Shown here piece by piece: positions 28,015-36,659 of a stretch of 43,703 bases of DNA. Source of the DNA: Candidatus Moraniibacteriota bacterium (lineage in GTDB: Bacteria; Patescibacteriota; Minisyncoccia; Moranbacterales; UBA11712). Positions within the stretch are counted from its first letter, which is position 1. Each line of letters opens with the position of its first letter. The stretch covers positions 1 through 43,703 of the forward strand of contig JAPLXD010000013.1 of NCBI GenBank assembly GCA_026396255.1. Direction: 5' to 3'. Made by a program: the position numbers and the translations under genes. The notes below the pieces were generated by a model. The model saw only the letters and a list, made by a program, of their open reading frames with translations. It had not been told where the DNA came from and did not search any database.

Positions 28015-28047
28015 TTGTTATATAGCATTCTTATAACAAAGCGTCAA
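28015..28047 (-). promoter_or_regulatory. Promoter with overlapping palindrome
   Basis: TTGACG-17-TATATA on the minus strand; TTGTTATA-N9-TATAACAA (28015-28039) overlaps the -10. Confidence 0.45.
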
Positions 28048-28052
28048 TCTAT

Positions 28053-28889
28053 TTATTTCTCTGCTAGTTTCACCGTGTTCCAAAGCAGCATCGCAATTGT
28101 CATCGGTCCCACTCCTCCGGGAACGGGGGTGATGAAAGAAGCCTTTTTCGAAACTGATTTGAAATCTACATCGCCGAAAACCTTTTTGTTTTCGCCGCGG
28201 TTCACGCCCACGTCAATGACGACCACCCCCTTTTGCACCATATCCGCTGTGATCAGATTCATTTTTCCCGCTGCCACGACGAGAATATCCGCTTTTTGAG
28301 TATAGCTTTTCAGATTTTTGGTATGCCGGTGGCAAATCGTGACGGTTGCGTTGCGGTTCAAAAGCATTTGCGCTATCGGTTTTCCGACGATATTCGAACG
28401 GCCGATAATCACGGCATTTTTGCCTTCGATCTTCACTTTATATTCTTCAAGCAATCTGATGATCCCGAGCGGAGTGGCCGGCGCGACGACGGAATATTTT
28501 TCCCCTTCCTGCGTGAATCTTCCGAAATTCAGCGGATGGAGGCAATCGGCATCTTTTCGCGGGTCGATCGCTTCGATGACCTTGTCCTTGTCAATATGCT
28601 TTGGGAGCGGCAGCTGGACCATGATCGCGGAAATATTCCGGCTCTTATTGAGACTGCCGATGAGGTCGAGGATCTTTTTCTCGGAAGTTTTTTCGGGAAA
28701 AGTGAATATTTGCGAACCGATCCCCGCTTTTTCGCAGAGAATTTTTTTCCGGCCGACATAGATTTTTGACGCCGGGTTATTCCCGACCAAAACCATTGCC
28801 AAAACAGGTCTCTTTTTCATAGTAGCCACTTGTCTACTCAAGATGCGGATGTACTTATCTGCCAATTTCTTGCCGTTGAGTATTTTCAT
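28053..28889 (-). CDS. folD: Methylenetetrahydrofolate dehydrogenase/cyclohydrolase
   Basis: VQLPLP, KDADCLHP, IGRSNIVGKP, TPVPGGVGPMT. Confidence 0.97.
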   Translation of the reverse strand: MKILNGKKLADKYIRILSRQVATMKKRPVLAMVLVGNNPASKIYVGRKKILCEKAGIGSQIFTFPEKTSEKKILDLIGSLNKSRNISAIMVQLPLPKHIDKDKVIEAIDPRKDADCLHPLNFGRFTQEGEKYSVVAPATPLGIIRLLEEYKVKIEGKNAVIIGRSNIVGKPIAQMLLNRNATVTICHRHTKNLKSYTQKADILVVAAGKMNLITADMVQKGVVVIDVGVNRGENKKVFGDVDFKSVSKKASFITPVPGGVGPMTIAMLLWNTVKLAEK

Positions 28890-30217
28890 TATTTCATATC
28901 CTTATACAATGGAAATTTCGCGCAGAGTTTTTTCACTTCGCTTTTTATTTTTTTCAATTCATTGTTGCCAGCGACAAACTTTCGAAATTTGATAAACGTC
29001 GGCTTGATTTTGGATTTGTCAGACGGAAATTGAAAATCCTTGATCTCTTCCATCACTTGCGCGATCCAATCGGCCAATTTATCCATTTCTTTTTCCTTCA
29101 TTCCGCGGACAGTGATGAAAGGTGTTCCCAGGCGCACTCCGCTGGGATAGAAGGGCGAAGACGGATCTTTTGGAATCGTATTTTTGTTGAGGGTGATTCC
29201 GGCGGCGTCAAGCGCGTCCTGCAAAAAAACTCCCCGGCCTTTGCCGCACTTAATGAGGATCATATGGTTGTCCGTGCCATCGGTCACGATTTTCACTCCG
29301 CGGACCATCAGGGATTTGGCAAGGGCTTTCGCGTTTTTCACGACCTGGCGGCCATATGTTTTGAAAGACGGTTTCATCGCTTCGCCGAGAGCGACGGCAA
29401 TCGCCGCCGTTTGATGGTCGTGCGGTCCGCCTTGGAGGCGCGGGAAGATCGCTTGGTCGATCTTTTTGGCCAACTCCGGATCTTTTTTCAGTCCTTTATA
29501 CGTCACCATGATTATTCCTCCCCGCGGTCCGCGCAATGTTTTGTGGGTCGTCGTCGTAATAATATGCGCGAACTTCGCCGGGCTTTTGTGCGCGCCGGAG
29601 ATAACCAATCCCGCGATGTGGGCGATGTCGGCCGCAAGATAGGCTCCAACTTTGTCCGCGATCTTGGCCATTTTCTCAAAAGGAAATTCGCGGACATAGG
29701 CGGTGGCTCCGACCCAAATCAATTTCGGCTTGTGCTTTTTTGCCAGCCGTTCAATTTCTTCAAGATCGAGATAGCCGTCTTCCTTCACGTGATAGCCGAT
29801 AGTTTTGTAGAATATGCTTGTCGCACTGGCTTTCCAACCGTGGGTCAAATGTCCCCCATCCGGCAGGTTTTGTCCCAGCACAACGTCGCCAGGAGCGCAT
29901 ACGGCCACATAGACGGCCAGATTGGCCGGACTGCCTGAATATGGCTGAACATTGGCATGAGGCACCCCAAAGAGCTTTTTGGCCCGCTCCTGGGCGATTT
30001 CCTCAATAGTATCGATGTTTTCCTGCCCGCCGTAGTATCTTTTCCCAGGATAACCCTCGCTATATTTGTTGGTCAAAACCGATCCCAAAGCCTCTATCAC
30101 GGCTGCCGATGCCGCTATTTCCGAGGGGATCAATTCCAAGCCCTCTTCCTGCCTTTTTGTTTCGGCCAAAATGGCTTTGTAGATTGCCGGGTCTTGTTTT
30201 TTCAGATGTTCGTACAT
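28889..30217 (-). CDS. glyA: Serine hydroxymethyltransferase
   Basis: NKYSEGYPGKRYYGG, GGHLTHG, TTTHKTLRGPRGG. Confidence 0.98.
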   Translation of the reverse strand: MYEHLKKQDPAIYKAILAETKRQEEGLELIPSEIAASAAVIEALGSVLTNKYSEGYPGKRYYGGQENIDTIEEIAQERAKKLFGVPHANVQPYSGSPANLAVYVAVCAPGDVVLGQNLPDGGHLTHGWKASATSIFYKTIGYHVKEDGYLDLEEIERLAKKHKPKLIWVGATAYVREFPFEKMAKIADKVGAYLAADIAHIAGLVISGAHKSPAKFAHIITTTTHKTLRGPRGGIIMVTYKGLKKDPELAKKIDQAIFPRLQGGPHDHQTAAIAVALGEAMKPSFKTYGRQVVKNAKALAKSLMVRGVKIVTDGTDNHMILIKCGKGRGVFLQDALDAAGITLNKNTIPKDPSSPFYPSGVRLGTPFITVRGMKEKEMDKLADWIAQVMEEIKDFQFPSDKSKIKPTFIKFRKFVAGNNELKKIKSEVKKLCAKFPLYKDMK

Positions 30218-30346
30218 AACTGTATTTTCTTTATATTTAACATTTTTTATGTTAAAATCTTATCAGAAAATATTGATGCGTGCAACATTATCTAATCGTA
30301 ATTGATTCGTAATTTTTACCCGCCTAGGGCGGGCGTAGAGATTTTC

Positions 30347-31144
30347 ATGATTCGTTTCTCTGCTATTACTCCCCATCCAACTGTAATTATCCCATCCATC
30401 GGGAAAAGCAATTTAAACTTGGTGCGCAAAACCGCCAACGCGATGAAACAGATCGGGGAAAAATTTCGGGCGGTGAAAGCGGATACGATCGTTCTGATTT
30501 CTCCGCACGGGCCGGTGCAGTATGACAAATTCATGATCAACTATTCCCCGACCCCTCGGGGAGACCTGGGTTCGTTTGGGGATCAACGAAGGTTTGTTTT
30601 TGAAAACAACCGGGAACTGGTCGACGAGATTATGAAACTTGCCCGGGAGTCGCGCTTGCCGGTCGGCCTGGTGCGAGAACTTGAACTTGACCGGGGAGCG
30701 CTGGTGCCGCTTCACTATCTTGTGAGTGAAAAGGACACGGCCTACAATCCAAAATTGGTCCATATGTCTTTTTCTATGCTGCCGCTTGAATACCATTTTA
30801 ATTTCGGCCGGGTGTTGGGAAAAGTTTTGCAAGAATCGCCGAAAGTGATTTCGCTCATCGCGAGCAGCGATTTGTCTCATCGTGTGTCTCCCGGATCACC
30901 AGCCGGCTACTCTCCGCAAGGGAGGATTTTTGACAAAAAATTGGTTGATTTTTTGAAACGGAAAAATATCAAGGGAATTTTGGAAATCGAACCGGAATTG
31001 ATTGAAGAAGCCGGCGAATGCGGCTTGCGGTCGATTGTGATGATGCTCGGCGCGATTTCCAATCTGCGTTGGGATATCCGGGCGATGAGCTATGAAGCGC
31101 CGCTCGGAGTGGGATATCTCGCAGCGAATATCAATATCAAATGA
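30347..31144 (+). CDS. AmmeMemoRadiSam protein B / LigB-MEMO-like protein
   Basis: TPHP, ISPH, LDRGALVPL, ASSDLSH, AGECG, SYEAPLGVGY. Confidence 0.82.
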   Translation: MIRFSAITPHPTVIIPSIGKSNLNLVRKTANAMKQIGEKFRAVKADTIVLISPHGPVQYDKFMINYSPTPRGDLGSFGDQRRFVFENNRELVDEIMKLARESRLPVGLVRELELDRGALVPLHYLVSEKDTAYNPKLVHMSFSMLPLEYHFNFGRVLGKVLQESPKVISLIASSDLSHRVSPGSPAGYSPQGRIFDKKLVDFLKRKNIKGILEIEPELIEEAGECGLRSIVMMLGAISNLRWDIRAMSYEAPLGVGYLAANINIK

Positions 31145-33096
31145 AAAAATATATCATCCAAGTGGCTCCTCTCGTTCCCCTTCCGGTTCTGCGCACGCAG
31201 GCTTTTTCATATTGGCACGGTGAACCCTTGCCGGTCGGAACATTGGTTTCGATCCCTTTTTACTTCCGGGAGATTGAAGGGATCGTGGTTAAAGTCCGAG
31301 AGGATATTTCATCGAAGAGTTCTTTTAAGTTGAAAAATATCAGAGTCGTCAGAGAGAAAAAATTTTTGAGTGAAAACCAGGTTGAGCTGGCGCGAAGAAT
31401 CGCCGAATACTATTTTTCTCCGCTTGGGTCAGTTCTCAAGCTGATGGTTCCGAAAATTGTAAAAAAACAAGCGAAAGACAAAAAAGTAGCAAAAAAAGCG
31501 ATAAAAACGGGAAAAATAGGCGAGATTGCCTTGAAAATGCTGAAAAGCGACAAGGCAAAATTTTTCCTGGCCGGAAACGCCAAGCAAAGGGAAAAAACAA
31601 ACATCGATTTGATCCGGTCTTATCTCAAGAAAAACAAGCAGTGCCTTGTTCTCGCGCCGGAGATATTTTTTTCGCAAAGCATCTTTGACAAATTGAGCGC
31701 AGAATTTTCCGAAGAAATCGCGCTCGTTCATAGCAAGATAACAAAAGGGCAATACTGCGAATTTTGGAAAAAAATCAAAGGCGGCCAAATCAAAATAGTG
31801 ATCGCCTCAAAAATGGGAATATTTTTGCCGTTTGCGGATCTGGGTCTGGTCATTGTTCAGGAAGGCCAGGATCCGTCTTTCAAGCAGTGGAAAGCGATGC
31901 CCCGCTACAACGGCGCGCGCGGAGCGGAATTTTTGGCGCAAATTTCAGGCGCAAAATTGGTTTTGGAAAGTTTTGCGCCGTCGGTGGAAAACTTGTATCA
32001 ATCGAAAAGAGGTGATTTAGATATTATTGAGACGAAATGGAGATCGGATCTCCATGATGGAGATCCGATCTCCAGGCTTCCAAAATTGGAAGTTGTTGCG
32101 CTGGAAGGAGAAAAGAAAAACGCTGATTTCCCTATCTCCAAAGAACTGTACAGTCGGTTGGCTGAAATCGTGAACAGCAAAAAACAGGCCGTTGTCTTCA
32201 TGAACCGGCGCGGATTTTCCACTCGCACGATTTGCGAGAATTGCAAGAAACCGCTGAAGTGTCCGAAATGCGATTTGGCGCTTGTGTTTTCCGATGAACA
32301 CAGCGAGTATCATTGTTTGCACTGCACCTTCAAGATGGATCTTTTGAGCTCCTGTCCGACGTGCGGCGGATTTCAATTCACGCATCGCGGAATCGGGACG
32401 CAGACGGTCGAGAAAAAAATCAAAAGGCTTTTTCCGTCGGCGCGAGTCGTCCGGCTGGATGCAGATGTGATGAAAAGCCAGGCGAAATACAAAACTATTC
32501 TGAAAGATTTTTTGGCGGGTGGAATCGATATTCTTGTCGGGACGCAGTCGGCGATCAAAGGAATATATTCGGAGAACATCAAACTGGCCGCTTCGATCTC
32601 CGGAAAAGACTTCGCGGACGAGATAAATTTCAATTCAAGGGCTCTCGCGCTTTCCCGGGTTTTCAATATGGCGAATTTGATCAACGAGGACGGAGTTCTG
32701 CTGGTCCAATCTTTCTTCGGCGGCAGTTCCCTTTTCGATTTTTTGGAGAAGAAGGAATTGAAAAAATATTTCGCGCAAGAGCTCGCGATGCGGAAAAGAT
32801 TGGGCTATCCCCCGTTTCGAAAACTTGTAAAACTTTCTTTTCGCGACAAATCTGAAAAAAAGGCCGCAAGCGAAACAAGAAAAGCATTTGACTTGCTGCG
32901 TACGACAGGCAATAATATGGTTGAAATCATCGGGCCTTACATTTCGTTTTCTGGACAAAAAAAAGGCATATACACGCGAAATATTCTCATAAAGTGCGAT
33001 CCGGAAAAAAATATCAGTGACCTGCCGATCCGTGCCGTCATCGGAGGGCTCAGCAAGGGTTGGAGCGTGGATGTGGATCCGATTTCAATAATGTAA
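31141..33096 (+). CDS. priA: Primosomal protein N' (PriA) with degenerate helicase motifs
   Basis: N-terminal 3'-binding-like domain, LAPEI, NRRGF, four CxxC pairs, GTQ, YPPF, VDVDP. Confidence 0.88.
   Translation: MKKYIIQVAPLVPLPVLRTQAFSYWHGEPLPVGTLVSIPFYFREIEGIVVKVREDISSKSSFKLKNIRVVREKKFLSENQVELARRIAEYYFSPLGSVLKLMVPKIVKKQAKDKKVAKKAIKTGKIGEIALKMLKSDKAKFFLAGNAKQREKTNIDLIRSYLKKNKQCLVLAPEIFFSQSIFDKLSAEFSEEIALVHSKITKGQYCEFWKKIKGGQIKIVIASKMGIFLPFADLGLVIVQEGQDPSFKQWKAMPRYNGARGAEFLAQISGAKLVLESFAPSVENLYQSKRGDLDIIETKWRSDLHDGDPISRLPKLEVVALEGEKKNADFPISKELYSRLAEIVNSKKQAVVFMNRRGFSTRTICENCKKPLKCPKCDLALVFSDEHSEYHCLHCTFKMDLLSSCPTCGGFQFTHRGIGTQTVEKKIKRLFPSARVVRLDADVMKSQAKYKTILKDFLAGGIDILVGTQSAIKGIYSENIKLAASISGKDFADEINFNSRALALSRVFNMANLINEDGVLLVQSFFGGSSLFDFLEKKELKKYFAQELAMRKRLGYPPFRKLVKLSFRDKSEKKAASETRKAFDLLRTTGNNMVEIIGPYISFSGQKKGIYTRNILIKCDPEKNISDLPIRAVIGGLSKGWSVDVDPISIM
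32038..32074. repeat. Tandem 17-bp palindromes inserted in frame in priA
   Basis: TGGAGATCGGATCTCCA-TGA-TGGAGATCCGATCTCCA. Confidence 0.8.
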
Positions 33097-33100
33097 AAGT

Positions 33101-33575
33101 ATGCTTAAAATAATCAAATCTTAAAATAATCAAATATCCAAACGATTTCTTGCGAAAAAAAACGCGGGAAGTCAAAGTTGAAGAATTGAAAGGTCCGAAA
33201 ATCCAGCGGCTTATTTTGGATATGGCCAAAACGATGGAAGTCGAGAAGGGAGTTGGCCTGGCCGCGCCGCAAGTCGGATCGGATCTTCGCATTTGTACTA
33301 TTGCGGCCGACGATGAAGTGTATGTTTTAATCAATCCGAAAATAAAATCATCTTCGCGAAAAAAAGATATTTTCGAGGAAGGCTGCTTGAGTTTTCCGGG
33401 AAAATTTTTTCCGGTCGAGCGTCCGATTAATGTGAAAGTCCAAGCGCGGGACAGAGGGGGGAAAAAAGTGAAGATCAAAGCGGACGGTCTCTTCGCGCGG
33501 GTGCTTCAGCACGAAATCGACCATCTGGATGGGATACTAGTGATCGACCGGGCGGTGAAAGGGAAATTAGGATAA
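33101..33575 (+). CDS. def: Peptide deformylase, 5' end frameshifted by a 16-bp tandem duplication
   Basis: GVGLAAPQ, EGCLS, QHEIDHLDG intact; removing one CTTAAAATAATCAAAT copy restores MLKIIKYPNDFLRKK. Confidence 0.9.
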
Positions 33576-33585
33576 TTTGGCGAAT

Positions 33586-34542
33586 ATGGGAAATCAGGGA
33601 ACAAAAATTATTTTTTTTGGCACGCCGGAGTTTGCGGCGGTTATTTTGAGGTCGCTTATTGATCACGAATACAATATCGCGGCGGTTTTTACTCAGCCGG
33701 ACAAAAAAGTCGGCCGAAAACAAGAAGTTTTTTTCTCGCCAGTTAAAGAGTTGGCGGCTGAAAATAAAATAAAAATATTCCAGCCACAAGACTTGCGTGA
33801 AAACGGATTAAGCGAAGCGATAAAAGGAATAAAGCCGGATCTTTTTGCTGTCGCGGCATACGGGAAAATTTTGCCGAAAGATATCTTGGAAATTCCGAAA
33901 TACGGGGCGGTGAATATCCATGCCTCTCTTCTCCCGAAATATCGGGGCGCGTCGCCTGTTCAATGTGCAATCCTCGCGGGAGAAAAAGAAACGGGCATCA
34001 CGTTGATGAAAATGAACGAAAAAATGGACGAGGGCGATATTCTGCTCCAGGAAAAAATAAAAATAGACGGAAAAGATACGACAGATGTATTGATGAAAAA
34101 ATTGGCCGAGCTGGGGGCAAAAATGACTGCGGACTTCATTCCGGACTGGGTCAACGAGAAAATTGATTCGTTCCCGCAAGATCATAGCAAAGCCACATAT
34201 TGCAAGCCGGTGAAAAAAGAAGACGGAAAAATCGATTGGAATGAAACGGCCGATGATATTTTCCGCCAGTGGCGGGCATACCAGCCTTGGCCGGGAATAT
34301 TTTCAGATTTGAAGATAAAGAACCGATCAAAAAGATTAAAGCTGCTCGGGATTGGGATCGTTGCCGACATGGAGGCTGGCGAAAAACCCGGAAAAATCGT
34401 AAAATACAACCGGGGAATTGCCGTCCAAGCAAAAAAGGGGTTGATAGCTTTGAAAAAAATACAGCTTGAAGGAAAGAAAGAAATGGATGTTAATGATTTT
34501 GTGAGGGGCAATGAAGAATTTATTGGGAGTATATTAGAATAA
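33586..34542 (+). CDS. fmt: Methionyl-tRNA formyltransferase
   Basis: IIFFGTPEFA, TQPD, NIHASLLPKYRGASP, MDEGD. Confidence 0.97.
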   Translation: MGNQGTKIIFFGTPEFAAVILRSLIDHEYNIAAVFTQPDKKVGRKQEVFFSPVKELAAENKIKIFQPQDLRENGLSEAIKGIKPDLFAVAAYGKILPKDILEIPKYGAVNIHASLLPKYRGASPVQCAILAGEKETGITLMKMNEKMDEGDILLQEKIKIDGKDTTDVLMKKLAELGAKMTADFIPDWVNEKIDSFPQDHSKATYCKPVKKEDGKIDWNETADDIFRQWRAYQPWPGIFSDLKIKNRSKRLKLLGIGIVADMEAGEKPGKIVKYNRGIAVQAKKGLIALKKIQLEGKKEMDVNDFVRGNEEFIGSILE

Positions 34543-34546
34543 GCCT

Positions 34547-34612
34547 TGTCATTGCAAGCGCAGCGAAGTAATCTCGGGATTGCCGCAGTCGCTACGCTCC
34601 TTCGCAATGACA
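34547..34612. repeat. RPE-like intergenic palindrome with GTCAT/ATGAC ends
   Basis: TGTCATTGCAAGCGCAGCGAAGTAATC...GATTGCCG...TTCGCAATGACA. Confidence 0.7.
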
Positions 34613-34621
34613 GCAAGAAAA

Positions 34622-35452
34622 ATGCAAAACGAAAAAAATCAACACAAAGTATTTGTTTTCGGTTTTTTGCTGATCGCGCTGGTGGTTCTTGGTTTTCTCT
34701 TGAAACCGGTGGTGATGAACTGGAAAAACGGACAAAAAAATCAAGACGAGCAGAAGGCCAACGCCGAGATTTTGAAAGCGCCGTCGGTAATGCCGGACGA
34801 TCTTTTTCAATTAATCCAGAACAAATCAAAAATTTTTCTGGTGGACATCAGCGCGCCGGATGACTTCAGGAAGGGACATATTGCGCTGGCGGTGAACGCG
34901 CCGGTGGAAAAACTGGACAATAATTTTCTGGCGAGCCTCGGTGCGGAAAAGACCGCCAGTATTTTCATCATGAACCAAGGAAGCGATCTGGCGGGATTGG
35001 CAACCGTTGTCAATAAAATTGTCGCCGATGGCTTTGTCAACACCAAATATTTGCGGGGAGGAATTTCCGGCTGGATTGAAAAGGGATTGCCGCTGGTTTC
35101 TTTGGGGGGATCCGAAGAAGACAACGCCAAAGTGAAAAAAATCACGATCGACGAGATCAAAAATGACGCCGGGAGCAATCCCGACCTTCTCCAATTCCTG
35201 GATGTGCGCGGCAAAGATGATTTTGCGAAAGAGCATATTGTCGGCGCGATAAATATTCCCCTGACTGAGCTTGAGACCGGAAAGACCGAAATTCCGGCCG
35301 TGAAGAAAACAATTGTCTATGGCGCAAGCGAGAGCGAAAGCTTTCAGGCAGCCGTGGCTTTATTTGATCTGAATTTCTTCAATGTCTGGCAGATGGACGG
35401 CGGAATCAACGAATGGAAAGCGGCGGGAGGAAACGTGAAAAGCGGAAATTAA
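34622..35452 (+). CDS. Membrane-anchored tandem rhodanese-like protein without catalytic Cys
   Basis: LVDI....F..GHI..A.N and LDVR...F..EHI.GAINIP, GG..W twice; no Cys in the protein. Confidence 0.82.
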   Translation: MQNEKNQHKVFVFGFLLIALVVLGFLLKPVVMNWKNGQKNQDEQKANAEILKAPSVMPDDLFQLIQNKSKIFLVDISAPDDFRKGHIALAVNAPVEKLDNNFLASLGAEKTASIFIMNQGSDLAGLATVVNKIVADGFVNTKYLRGGISGWIEKGLPLVSLGGSEEDNAKVKKITIDEIKNDAGSNPDLLQFLDVRGKDDFAKEHIVGAINIPLTELETGKTEIPAVKKTIVYGASESESFQAAVALFDLNFFNVWQMDGGINEWKAAGGNVKSGN

Positions 35453-35462
35453 GTTTGAAGCG

Positions 35463-35541
35463 GCAGGAGCAAGGTTGCACCTTGCTCCAAATGTTGGCGA
35501 ATTTCAAAAATAAAAGGAGCAGGGTTCAACCCTGCTCCTGC
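35463..35541. repeat. 79-nt REP-doublet/MITE-like element, copy 2
   Basis: GCAGGAGCAAGGTTGCACCTTGCTCC...GGAGCAGGGTTCAACCCTGCTCCTGC. Confidence 0.85.
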
Positions 35542-35557
35542 TTTTTAGACGACAAAT

Positions 35558-35830
35558 TTATTTCACAATTGCCAGAATATCCTCATTCTTCACCAGTAAA
35601 TATTCTTTTTCTCCGACCTTGATTTCATTTCCCGAATATTTGGAATAGATCACTTTTTGTCCAGCCTTGACTTTGATTTTTTTGTCCCCGCCGATTGCGA
35701 TGACCAGCCCTTCTTGCGGTTTTTCTCCATTTGAATCAGGGAGAACGATGCCGGAAGCGGTTTTTGTGTCGGATTTAGCCGGTTCGATGAGGACGTTTTC
35801 GCCGAGAGGCTGGATGTTTATTTTGGACAT
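35558..35830 (-). CDS. groES: Co-chaperonin GroES
   Basis: IQPLGENVLI, TASGIVLPD, EKPQEG, KYSGNEIK, EDILAIV. Confidence 0.96.
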   Translation of the reverse strand: MSKINIQPLGENVLIEPAKSDTKTASGIVLPDSNGEKPQEGLVIAIGGDKKIKVKAGQKVIYSKYSGNEIKVGEKEYLLVKNEDILAIVK

Positions 35831-35879
35831 ATGCGTTTTTTGGTTTAGTGATTATTGATCTTGCTCTCAGATATATATC

Positions 35880-36248
35880 CTAGCCTTTTGAAGTCTCTTC
35901 GTCAAGATCGGATTTTTCTTCTTCTTTTCTCTCTTTCTCTTCTTTCGCTTCTGTTTTTTCCTCTGCTTTTTCTTCCCCTTTTATATCCAAAACTATTTTT
36001 TCCGGTTCTGGTATCTCCTGTTCTTCAATTGGTTGCGGCGCTTCTTCCTCTTCTGTTTTTTTGGAAAAGGCAAAAATATAAATTATCTCAAGAATCCCAA
36101 GTGTATTGACGATGAGCAAAACAACAAACCAGGCGACGCTCCGGTTCCTGGCCGCGCGCCAAAGCGCCACGCCTTTCCAAGGAATGGTCCAAATGGCGGC
36201 GAGGATAAGAATCCAGGTGTGAGTTGCGAGAAATTGTGCGAAATTCAT
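35880..36248 (-). CDS. DUF5652-like membrane protein with acidic tail
   Basis: WTIPWKGVALWRAARN..WFVVLLIVNTLGILEIIYIF; start moved to 36248 because the longer ORF overlaps the tRNA. Confidence 0.8.
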   Translation of the reverse strand: MNFAQFLATHTWILILAAIWTIPWKGVALWRAARNRSVAWFVVLLIVNTLGILEIIYIFAFSKKTEEEEAPQPIEEQEIPEPEKIVLDIKGEEKAEEKTEAKEEKERKEEEKSDLDEETSKG

Positions 36249-36268
36249 AGGTTTTTTTGAAAAATTAG

Positions 36269-36339
36269 CTGGGGTGCTAGGATTCGAACCTAGGGTCATG
36301 GGACCAGAACCCATTGCCTTACCACTTGGCTACACCCCA
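36269..36339 (-). tRNA. tRNA-Gln (CTG)
   Basis: TGGGGTG/CACCCCA acceptor stem, ATGGG-TTCTGGT-CCCAT anticodon arm, GGTTCGAATCC T arm; CCA not encoded. Confidence 0.95.
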
Positions 36340-36594
36340 ATATTAAAATAATTTCTCAGTTTTCCGCGCAATATTTCTCTTCCATATCCGGTTTTATAGA
36401 ATATTTCTTGTTCGGCGGCATCTTTTTTGGTCGAGTATGCTTCATAATATATCAAATCAAACGGCGCATTTTTGCCTGTATAGTGGCTGCCCTTCTTTTC
36501 GTTGTGCTCTTTAAATCGTCGACGCAGGTCATTTGTTGAGCCGGTATATAATCTTTTGTTTTTTTTGACTCTTTAGAATATAAACGTAGAACAT
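36330..36594 (-). pseudogene. Small GIY-YIG nuclease gene frameshifted at an A8 run
   Basis: MFYVYILKSQK, then with one fewer A: NKRLYTGSTNDLRRRFKEHN...LIYYEAY...EIFYKTGYGRE; stop codon lies inside the tRNA 5' end. Confidence 0.85.
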
Positions 36595-36599
36595 TGTAT

Positions 36600-36659
36600 A
36601 TTGCCCCGCCTTTTCGGCGGGTCGCCGTAAAGGCGACTTACCACTTGGCTACACCCCAA
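36600..36659 (-). pseudogene. Duplicated 5' fragment of tRNA-Gln interrupted by a 32-nt double hairpin
   Basis: TGGGGTGTAGCCAAGTGGTAAG [TCGCCTTTACGGCGACCCGCCGAAAAGGCGGG] GCAAT. Confidence 0.85.

Noticed and set aside
30236-30256. dif site (contains TTATGTTAAA)
   Set aside because: Arms are too close for the 11-6-11 layout and there is no XerC-like arm; at most an operator in the divergent promoter region.
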